61,642 nucleotides of DNA from Actinomycetota bacterium (GTDB lineage Bacteria > Actinomycetota > Acidimicrobiia > Acidimicrobiales > Ilumatobacteraceae): contig JBJOEQ010000035.1 in the NCBI GenBank assembly GCA_046049195.1, forward strand, positions 1 through 61,642, read 5' to 3'. Each line of letters begins with the position of its first letter. Position 1 is the stretch's first letter. The position numbers and the translations under genes were made by a program. Shown in pieces: positions 54,403 to 61,642 of this stretch. The notes under the pieces are model-generated. The model was not told where the DNA came from. It was given only the letters and a program-made list of their open reading frames with translations, and did not search any database.

Positions 54403-56232
54403 ATGGGATCAATGATGACTGCACCGCAACTGCCACGTTTTACAGCCAGGCGAATGGCTTCGATTATTGGGTTCGCGATTGCTTCATTCATATATATGGA
54501 TGGCACAAATATAGGTGGTTTTGGTGCACTTGGAGCGATGGCAAGTGGCGCAGCCGGCACAAATGAAGTCACCACATCCAATCCCGTGCGCAATCAAATC
54601 GTGCAGGTGCAGCCTCCGCAAATTCAAATGGTCTTTCGAGACGCAATAGTCGACATCGGCAAGATGGGTCTGACCGTCGTGTGCAATAACGAGTCGGTAG
54701 GTATAGCTCTTCCACAACTTGGCGCTGACAGCAAAACTGTTTCAGTTGCGCTCACCACTGCTTTTGCCGCTGGAGAATGTTTAATCGACTGGAAACTTGC
54801 TGACGGCTCGCAAGGCTCGATTCCATTTACTTCACAAATTGTTTCCGAAACAACAATTCCTGCTGCCGACGGCGCCGTCACGGACACCACGCTGCCAGCT
54901 GTGATTGGTGAAGTTGTGGCGCAGTCTGCAGGTGGTGGGCCACGAGTAGGCGGCTTACTTGGTCTGCTTCGTATCTTTGAATATCTTTTAGTTGCCGCGA
55001 TCTTTGGTGGATTACTTACCGTGACGCTCGCATGGCCAGAGGGCATCGACTATGGCGTGTGCTTACGATTCTTTCGCATCACCTGGTTGCTTGCCGTAGC
55101 AACGATGTATCTCATCGTTGCCATCACTGCAATGCGCAACTCCGACAACACGTTTATTGGTTCGCTCAACCCGTTTAGTTGGTTTGGTGCACTTAACGAT
55201 GCGGCCAGTTTGATATTGCTGTTGCGATTTGCCCTCGTTATCGGTTCGTTCTGGGTCACATTTCAACCAGCACGCGTTTTCGAGCCTGCCACTCAAGTGC
55301 CAGCGATCACTCTCATCACGGTGATGATGGCAACCTTTGGTCTCACACGACTCGGCCAACATGTACCGATCTTCACCTACATCTTTGGCATTGCCCATGC
55401 ACTTGCAATCGGCATGTGGCTTGGCGGGTTGCTGTTGCTTTCGCGCACGGTGCTCAATGCTCCGGGTGAAGCGGATTTACTAAATGCCGTTCGCGGATTT
55501 ACGCGCATCTCCGTCACGCTTATTCTTGTCTCAATCGCCACAGGGGTGATGCAGGTATATCTACTCGACAGTTTCAATATTTTTTCTACTGGTCACGGCC
55601 GGCTCAACTTGCTCAAACTCATAGTTGTTTCGGGAATGGTATGGATCAGTTTGATGTTCAAGAATTTCGCCGTTACACGACTCTCCAAAGAATCTGAACT
55701 CACGAGCAAAATGGCATGGCGATTAAGGCGTGCTGTGTCAACCGAACTTCTCGTTGGCATCCTCGTTCTCGGTTTAACTTCGTGGATGGTGCCAATGCAT
55801 CCGCCGCAGGCTCGTGCATCAGGTGCTGGACCAACGGTGCCCTACGCGTTTCGTGAAGACCTAAAAAATGATCGCTTTCACGTCATCATCTCGCTCACGC
55901 CTGGCTCAACTGGCGTCAATGCAATGCGCATCGAATTGCTCGAGCCATCGCGCATCAACAACTTTGTTGTCAAGCTCATTCCGTCCGAAATTGGTTATGC
56001 AGGCATCGCCATCAACGTGCCCCTGAAGCGCAGAGGTGCTGCAATCGTGATGGGTGATGGTTCATTTACATTGCCAGTTGCTGGCGTGTGGTCAATCGAG
56101 ATCAGTGGTGCAACTACCACGGGTGAATTGATCCCACTTGCCACGACAATAAACATCACCGAATCTGCCGTGGTACCAACAACCACGCTTCCAGCAGAAA
56201 TAGCACCTGCAACCACTCTTGCTGGCGGTTGA
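54403..56232 (+). CDS. CopC-like / CopD fusion membrane protein with a C-terminal YtkA/FixH-like domain (YcnJ-like)
   Basis: The CopC-fold pattern SNPVRNQIVQVQPPQIQMVF...GECLIDWKLADGSQGSIPF is followed by about 8 TM helices (CopD-like) and a beta-rich C-terminal domain. Start at the Met at 54403 avoids overlap with the dnaX start. Confidence 0.65.
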   Translation: MGSMMTAPQLPRFTARRMASIIGFAIASFIYMDGTNIGGFGALGAMASGAAGTNEVTTSNPVRNQIVQVQPPQIQMVFRDAIVDIGKMGLTVVCNNESVGIALPQLGADSKTVSVALTTAFAAGECLIDWKLADGSQGSIPFTSQIVSETTIPAADGAVTDTTLPAVIGEVVAQSAGGGPRVGGLLGLLRIFEYLLVAAIFGGLLTVTLAWPEGIDYGVCLRFFRITWLLAVATMYLIVAITAMRNSDNTFIGSLNPFSWFGALNDAASLILLLRFALVIGSFWVTFQPARVFEPATQVPAITLITVMMATFGLTRLGQHVPIFTYIFGIAHALAIGMWLGGLLLLSRTVLNAPGEADLLNAVRGFTRISVTLILVSIATGVMQVYLLDSFNIFSTGHGRLNLLKLIVVSGMVWISLMFKNFAVTRLSKESELTSKMAWRLRRAVSTELLVGILVLGLTSWMVPMHPPQARASGAGPTVPYAFREDLKNDRFHVIISLTPGSTGVNAMRIELLEPSRINNFVVKLIPSEIGYAGIAINVPLKRRGAAIVMGDGSFTLPVAGVWSIEISGATTTGELIPLATTINITESAVVPTTTLPAEIAPATTLAGG

Positions 56233-56250
56233 TCGGTCGCTAATCTTGAC

Positions 56251-57810
56251 GTGGTGAGTAACAACTCGATGGACGCAAAACTGCAGGACCTGCAGTCTCG
56301 TAAAGACCAGGCATACAACGCTGGATCACCCCGCTCGGTCGAGCGCCAACACGAAAAAGGCAAGTTGCTCGCCCGCGAACGCTTAGCGATTTTGCTCGAC
56401 CCAGACAGCTTTCACGAACTGGATTTGTTGGCTCGCCACCGTGCGCATTCGGCAGGTCTTGAAGAGCACCCATATACCGACGGTGTGATCACGGGTTGGG
56501 GCACCATCGACGGTCGCAAGGTGTTTGTATTCAGCCAAGACTTCACGGTCTTTGGTGGCGCACTCGGCGAAGTGTTTGCCGAAAAAATTCACAAGTTGAT
56601 GGACTTGGCGCTCAAGGTTGGTGCGCCACTCATTGGTCTCAATGACGGAGCCGGCGCGCGCATCCAAGAAGGTGTTGTGTCGCTCGCGAGTTATGGCGGC
56701 ATCTTTCATCGCAATGTTCAGGCATCTGGCGTAATCCCACAGATTTCGGTAATCCTTGGACCATGCGCTGGTGGCGCTGTGTACTCGCCTGCCATGACCG
56801 ATTTTATTTTCATGGTGCGCGAGACAAGCCACATGTTTATTACTGGCCCAGATGTTGTCAAGACCGTTACAGGCGAAGATGTCACGCTCGAAGAGTTGGG
56901 TGGCGCAATGAGCCACGCATCAAAGAGTGGTGTTGCCACATTTGTGAGTGCCGACGAGCAGTCGTGCTTGCAAGATGTGCGTTTCTTGCTCAGCTTCTTG
57001 CCACAAAACAACATCACCGAGCCACCTGTTGGCGAGATCACTGATGACCCTGCTCGTTTGTGTGAATCGTTGCGCACCATTCTTCCTCCGTCGGCCAACC
57101 AGCCGTACGACATGAAGAAAGTCATCACCGAAGTGATGGACGATGGCGAATTCTTTGAATACTTTCCTCATTGGGCAAAGAGCATTGTGTGTGGTTTTTC
57201 ACGACTCAACGGTCAGTCGGTTGGCATCGTTGGTAATCAACCAATGATCTTGGCTGGTGTGCTCGACATCGAGTCGAGTGAAAAGGCTGCGCGCTTTGTG
57301 CGCACATGTGATGCATTCAATATCCCAATCATCACGTTTGTTGACGTGCCAGGTTTCCTTCCTGGTGTCGACCAAGAGTACGGCGGCATCATTCGTCACG
57401 GCGCAAAGTTGTTGTACGCATACTGCGAGTCGACAGTGCCTCGCATTCAAGTGATCACGCGCAAGGCCTATGGCGGTGCATACGTCGTCATGAACTCAAA
57501 GTCGATTGGTGCAGACTTGGCGTATGCATGGCCAACAGCAGAGTTGGCAGTGATGGGCCCGCAAGGTGCAGTCGAGATCGTGTATCGCCGCGAGTTGCAA
57601 AATGCGGCCGACCCAGTGGCACGACGTGCCGAGTTGGTGAGTGAATACACCGAAAAGTATTCAAACCCCTACGCAGCAGCCGAACGCGGATATATCGATG
57701 ACGTCATTGATCCGGCCGAAACACGTATCAAGTTGATCGCTGGTCTGTCGATGCTGCAATCAAAACGCGAAGAGTTGCCACGCCGCAAACACGGCAACAT
57801 GCCGCTGTAG
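56251..57810 (+). CDS. pccB: Acyl-CoA (propionyl-CoA) carboxylase carboxyltransferase beta subunit
   Basis: GKLLARERLAILLDPDSF, FSQDFTVFGGALGE, and GNQPMILAGVLDIESSEKAARFVRTCDAFNIPIITFVDVPGFLPG. Confidence 0.93.
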   Translation: MVSNNSMDAKLQDLQSRKDQAYNAGSPRSVERQHEKGKLLARERLAILLDPDSFHELDLLARHRAHSAGLEEHPYTDGVITGWGTIDGRKVFVFSQDFTVFGGALGEVFAEKIHKLMDLALKVGAPLIGLNDGAGARIQEGVVSLASYGGIFHRNVQASGVIPQISVILGPCAGGAVYSPAMTDFIFMVRETSHMFITGPDVVKTVTGEDVTLEELGGAMSHASKSGVATFVSADEQSCLQDVRFLLSFLPQNNITEPPVGEITDDPARLCESLRTILPPSANQPYDMKKVITEVMDDGEFFEYFPHWAKSIVCGFSRLNGQSVGIVGNQPMILAGVLDIESSEKAARFVRTCDAFNIPIITFVDVPGFLPGVDQEYGGIIRHGAKLLYAYCESTVPRIQVITRKAYGGAYVVMNSKSIGADLAYAWPTAELAVMGPQGAVEIVYRRELQNAADPVARRAELVSEYTEKYSNPYAAAERGYIDDVIDPAETRIKLIAGLSMLQSKREELPRRKHGNMPL

Positions 57811-57816
57811 GAATTT

Positions 57817-58002
57817 ATGCAACACAGTGTCTCTCCGCAGCCTTCCGAACAAGAAGCAATCGCGATTGCCGCTGCATTAGAGGTGTTGTGGCCAAAAGTG
57901 CAGCCTGCGACAGAGCACGAAACACCCAATACTTCTTGGCGTTTTAGTGGTCGTTGGTGGAGTGACTCGAGTGTGATCCGGCGATCGCGCCCTGGGTTTT
58001 AG
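57817..58002 (+). CDS. Acyl-CoA carboxylase epsilon subunit (AccE-like)
   Basis: A 61-aa ORF starting 6 nt after pccB. EQEAIAIAAALEVLWPK...WRFSGRWW resembles actinobacterial epsilon subunits. Confidence 0.55.
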   Translation: MQHSVSPQPSEQEAIAIAAALEVLWPKVQPATEHETPNTSWRFSGRWWSDSSVIRRSRPGF

Positions 58003-58006
58003 TTTT

Positions 58007-59125
58007 TTGAACCCACCACTTTCAGACATTCGAGTGGTCGACATCTCGACAGTGTTGGCTGGCCCAAACTGTGCGCGTTACCTCGCCGACTTCGGAGCAG
58101 ACGTCATCAAGGTCGAGCGACCAGACACCGGTGATTCGTTGCGCGGCATGGCGTGGCGCGACCCACGCGACGGAGAAGGTCTGTGGTGGAAACTTGTCAA
58201 CCGAAACAAGCGCAACATTGCACTTGACCTCAAAGACGAAAGTGATCGTGCGATCTTTTTGCAACTTGTTGATGAAGCACATGTGCTTGTCGAAAACTTT
58301 CGCCCAGGCACACTCGAGCGACTCAATCTTTCTCCAGACATGTTGCTTGCGCGCAACCCAAAGCTTGTAATCGTTCGAGTCTCCGGGTTTGGTCAAGATG
58401 GCCCCTACGCATCACGCCCGGGGTTTGCATCAATTGCCGAATCAATGGCTGGTCTTGCCGCGGTCAGTGGCGACCCAGATGGCCCACCAATGTTGCCTGC
58501 CATTGCGCTCACCGACGAAGCAACTGGCATCACTGCAGCTTTTGCAACCATGGTTGCGTTGCACTCTGGTGTTGGTCAAGTAGTCGATGTCAATTTGCTG
58601 ACCACGGTATTTCAGTTGATGGGCCCAGTTATTTCTCTTTACAAACTCAGTGGCGAGTTGCAGCCCCGACTTGGATCTGGCTTGCCATATTCAGTTCCTC
58701 GCGGTGTCTATCAGTGCAGCGATGAAAAGTGGGTTGGGGTTTCGGCATCAAGCAACTCGGTGGCAGCACGTGTGATGGAAGTGTTGGGTGTTGGTGGCGA
58801 TGATCGGTTTTCAACATTTGCTGGACGCATGGCCAATCGTGAATTACTCGAACAATTGATGATCGACTGGTGCGCTGCACGCACTCGAGATGAAGTTGTT
58901 GCCACTCTCGCTGCAGCAGAAGCAGCCGTTGGTCCAGTTTTTGACATGGCAGACATTGCAACTGACGAGCACTACGCAGCCAGACAAATGATTCCTATCG
59001 TTGGGTCAACCCCAATGCAGGGACTCATTGCTCAACTTTCAAAAACACCTGGTGTGCTTGGATGGGAAGGTCGGCCGCTCGACGCAGACCGAGAAGACAT
59101 CCTTAAGCGCGGATGGAAGCAATAG
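58007..59125 (+). CDS. Family III CoA-transferase (CaiB/BaiF)
   Basis: [32 protein letters not shown] and [14 protein letters not shown] start. Confidence 0.85.
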   Translation: MNPPLSDIRVVDISTVLAGPNCARYLADFGADVIKVERPDTGDSLRGMAWRDPRDGEGLWWKLVNRNKRNIALDLKDESDRAIFLQLVDEAHVLVENFRPGTLERLNLSPDMLLARNPKLVIVRVSGFGQDGPYASRPGFASIAESMAGLAAVSGDPDGPPMLPAIALTDEATGITAAFATMVALHSGVGQVVDVNLLTTVFQLMGPVISLYKLSGELQPRLGSGLPYSVPRGVYQCSDEKWVGVSASSNSVAARVMEVLGVGGDDRFSTFAGRMANRELLEQLMIDWCAARTRDEVVATLAAAEAAVGPVFDMADIATDEHYAARQMIPIVGSTPMQGLIAQLSKTPGVLGWEGRPLDADREDILKRGWKQ

Positions 59126-59645
59126 GGCACGACACACCCGTGCCACCAATGCCGCAATACCCGTTTGGATTTTTCTCCAAATACCTCTGGTGATATTCCT
59201 CGGCCATAAAAAACTCGGTTGCTGCAAGGATCTCTGTTGTAATCGCTGGGTATGACGCAGCATTAAGTTGCTCGTTGTATACATCTTTGCTTGCAAGTGC
59301 CTCAACTCGTTGAGTTTCCGTCGTGTACATGATCATGCTGCGGTACTGAGAACCCACATCGTTGCCCTGGCGCATGCCCTGGGTTGGGTTGTGTGACTCC
59401 CAAAATGTTTTCAACAGCATCTGATAAGTGATTTGTGCTGGATCAAACACCACCTGCACCACTTCGGCATGTCCAGTATCGAGATAGCAAATATCTTTAT
59501 ATGTGGGGTTTGTGGTGTGGCCACCTGCATAGCCAACAGCAGTCGAAGTCACGCCTTCTAATTGCCACAACAAACGCTCGGCACCCCAGAAGCACCCCAT
59601 TCCAAAGATCGCCGTTTCAAATCCAGTTGGTATTTGTGTTGTCAT
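59103..59645 (-). CDS. msrA: Peptide methionine (S)-sulfoxide reductase
   Basis: [17 protein letters not shown], and [14 protein letters not shown]. The 3' end overlaps the convergent CoA-transferase gene by 23 nt. Confidence 0.93.
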   Translation of the reverse strand: MTTQIPTGFETAIFGMGCFWGAERLLWQLEGVTSTAVGYAGGHTTNPTYKDICYLDTGHAEVVQVVFDPAQITYQMLLKTFWESHNPTQGMRQGNDVGSQYRSMIMYTTETQRVEALASKDVYNEQLNAASYPAITTEILAATEFFMAEEYHQRYLEKNPNGYCGIGGTGVSCPIASIRA

Positions 59646-59667
59646 ACTGTCAGGCTAGAGCACAATC

Positions 59668-60174
59668 ATGAGCAACTTTCAACCAATCGTGCGAAATATC
59701 GTCGGTACCGATGTGACACGTGTGCTCGAGATTAATAATGCCAACACGCCTGGCGTGAGCGAACTGACACTGTCCGAACTTGAAACTGACATAAAAAATT
59801 GTTTGCATGCGCTCGCGATAGAAAACGAACATGGTGAAGTTTGCGCCTTCTGCATCACGTTTGCGCCAGATGCTCCTCATGCCGGAGTCAATCATCAATG
59901 GTTTGCTGAACGCTACAAAAGCTTTGTCTATCTCGACCGCATTGCAATCGATTCCAATCATCAGAACCGTGGTCTTGGTGCACTGCTCTACCAAACAGTT
60001 GAGCAGCGCATGCTCGAATCGGCAGAGCATTCACTCTTATGTTGTGAAGTGAACCTTGAACCACCAAATCCTGGCTCACTGCGCTTTCACAAACGCATTG
60101 GCTTTGTTGAATGCGGAGTGGAGACAACCGGTCCAGGATACGTAGTGACATACCTGCAAAAACTTCTCTGTTAG
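59668..60174 (+). CDS. GNAT family N-acetyltransferase
   Basis: LDRIAIDSNHQNRGLGALLY ... RFHKRIGF. Confidence 0.75.
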   Translation: MSNFQPIVRNIVGTDVTRVLEINNANTPGVSELTLSELETDIKNCLHALAIENEHGEVCAFCITFAPDAPHAGVNHQWFAERYKSFVYLDRIAIDSNHQNRGLGALLYQTVEQRMLESAEHSLLCCEVNLEPPNPGSLRFHKRIGFVECGVETTGPGYVVTYLQKLLC

Positions 60175-60185
60175 CGTCAGAATTC

Positions 60186-61151
60186 ATGGAAATCCAGTGC
60201 CCTAGTTGTTCAGACACAAATGTGTCGGTGTTAGGGGAATACAAGTTTAATGTTGAATCGGATCGCCATTTTTTTGGTTCCCCAAATCTTTCACAATGCT
60301 CTCAATGCGAATTGGTTTTTGCTTGGCCAATGCCCGACCTGACATCACTTGAAGAGTTTTATACAAATATTTACAGAGCCAAAGGCCGTCCCCACTTCTT
60401 CGATCTTCGATTTCCACCGCTGCCAAATGAGCGTCACTTCAGTTATATATCAACACTGAGTTCAGCAGTAAACATTCAAGACATACGAAACGTTCTGGAA
60501 ATTGGTCCTGGTGCCGGAGAAATTGGGATGCTTCTCAAGGCTGCAAATCCGCACGTCACGATTTACTGCATTGAGCCAGACCTGCATTCGCAAGAAATTC
60601 TTCGAGAACGGGGATATACACCCACCGGCCAACTCTCTGAAATACCTCACGATCTTGACTTGGTAATGGCATTTCACTCACTTGAGCACTTCACATCAGT
60701 GGATGGATTTGTGCAACTCTTCGAGCAACGCATTAAACAAACAGGTGTCCTCTTCCTTGAAGTTCCAAATTGCCCAACAGAACACGGGTTTCTCAACCGA
60801 CCCTACGACTCTCCGCATCTACTTTTCTTTAATGCACGGAGTCTCAGTGACTCTCTAGCCCGTCGAGGATTTACAGAGATTAATGTGCATACGTCCGGTC
60901 ACACACTCTCCTACGAATTTGGGCTTGGGGAGAACTGGCTAAAACAATATTCATCCTGGAAAATTGATAGTCCCAAGCCGAAGCTTTCCGTTGGGTTGAT
61001 CGCACGAAAACTGACACCCATTAGCGTGCGAAAACGTATTCAAGGGTTTAGACGCTCACAGCAAGCGGCAGATTTGTCCGATCGTGTGCAACATCACATG
61101 CATAATCGTTCTGAAGCGTGGTTGCTACGCGGGGTATTTACTCCAAAGTAA
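60186..61151 (+). CDS. Class I SAM-dependent methyltransferase with an N-terminal CxxC...CxxC zinc ribbon
   Basis: MEIQCPSCSD...CSQCEL, SAM motif I VLEIGPGAGE, and MAFHSLEHF. AT-richer than its flanks. Start at the Met at 60186; the ORF-track start overlaps the GNAT gene. Confidence 0.78.
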   Translation: MEIQCPSCSDTNVSVLGEYKFNVESDRHFFGSPNLSQCSQCELVFAWPMPDLTSLEEFYTNIYRAKGRPHFFDLRFPPLPNERHFSYISTLSSAVNIQDIRNVLEIGPGAGEIGMLLKAANPHVTIYCIEPDLHSQEILRERGYTPTGQLSEIPHDLDLVMAFHSLEHFTSVDGFVQLFEQRIKQTGVLFLEVPNCPTEHGFLNRPYDSPHLLFFNARSLSDSLARRGFTEINVHTSGHTLSYEFGLGENWLKQYSSWKIDSPKPKLSVGLIARKLTPISVRKRIQGFRRSQQAADLSDRVQHHMHNRSEAWLLRGVFTPK

Positions 61152-61157
61152 ATCTGA

Positions 61158-61233
61158 TGGTGCGCTCGGCCGGAGTCGAACCGACAACCTTCTGATCCGT
61201 AGTCAGATGCTCTATCCATTGAGCTACGAGCGC
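61158..61233 (-). tRNA. tRNA-Arg (anticodon ACG)
   Basis: GCGCTCGTAGCTCAATGGATAGAGCATCTGACTACGGATCAGAAGGTTGTCGGTTCGACTCCGGCCGAGCGCACCA. Anticodon loop CTACGGA, encoded CCA. Confidence 0.93.
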
Positions 61234-61285
61234 TTAACAGTGATTCAGTCTACTTGCCACCGCGATAACGGCTACACGAATTTTT

Positions 61286-61642
61286 CTACTCCCAAGGACC
61301 CCAACCGTTGTTGCGCTGGTACATACGGTAGGCAGCGGCTGCATTGAGTCGAGGGTCGAGCAATTGATTGGCCGAGGTAACGCCGACTTCGGGAAGCCAC
61401 AATTTGTGCCAGCGATAGTAAATCTGGAAGAGGCCATAGCAACACTTACTGCGATTGATGACCCTGGGTTGATATTTGCTTTCTCGGTACGCAATGAAGA
61501 GTGCGCGCTCCTCCAGGTCATCGGGCCATGCATCTCTAATGATTTGAATAACTTCTGCTTGTGTGTACTTGGGAATGGTGGGGGTGGTTGCAACTGGTGT
61601 TGACTGACCAGGCACACATACTTCGTCACCAATCAAAATTTT
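61286..61642 (-). CDS. Lysozyme-like / SLT-type transglycosylase domain protein (5' end probably beyond the window)
   Basis: RESKYQPRVIN....CYGLFQIYY...LLDPRLNAAAAYRMYQRNNGWGPWE follows the E-S ... GL(F/M)Q ... AY..Y lytic-transglycosylase pattern. The frame is open to the window edge. Confidence 0.6.
   Translation of the reverse strand, partial: KILIGDEVCVPGQSTPVATTPTIPKYTQAEVIQIIRDAWPDDLEERALFIAYRESKYQPRVINRSKCCYGLFQIYYRWHKLWLPEVGVTSANQLLDPRLNAAAAYRMYQRNNGWGPWE

Overview
This is a very gene-dense, moderate-GC chromosomal segment with almost no non-coding DNA. Its core synteny is typical of Actinomycetota. In order it holds: a Tad/Flp-like pilus locus, rsgA, topA-tmk-holB, tRNA-Thr, hutH, tilS, clpC, a lipoprotein, radA, tag, a solitary groEL with a CIRCE operator, xseAB, a tRNA-Ser/tadA/tRNA-Ser block, SRP RNA, ccr, mce, a thiolase, recR-dnaX, and pccB-accE. 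I call about 65 CDS, five tRNAs and one SRP RNA. The tRNAs are Sec(UCA), Thr(CGT), Ser(CGA), Ser(GGA) and Arg(ACG); all are missed or overprinted by the ORF track. I also call a CIRCE element, four TANNNT -10-like hexamers placed for leaderless mRNAs, and a few small repeats. I saw no CRISPR array, transposase, integrase or recognisable defence system. The items most worth follow-up are listed here. (1) A DmpG/HMGL-type pyruvate aldolase with a long C-terminal extension is immediately followed (1-nt gap) by a KdsB-like cytidylyltransferase and flanked by an SDR epimerase; this may be a non-canonical CMP-ulosonic-acid route in a Gram-positive lineage. (2) An orphan selC is present. (3) A BldG/SpoIIAA-like STAS protein at the end of the Tad operon has Asp at the phospho-serine position and no partner kinase. 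(4) tadA is wedged between two tRNA-Ser genes, and its ATG shares a base with the upstream tRNA's CCA end. (5) Two AT-rich single-gene islets abut tRNA genes, one encoding an AT3-SGNH acyltransferase and one a zinc-ribbon methyltransferase. (6) Part of the ethylmalonyl-CoA pathway gene set is present. All product calls come from motif recognition in the supplied translations and my own hand translations. No database search was run.
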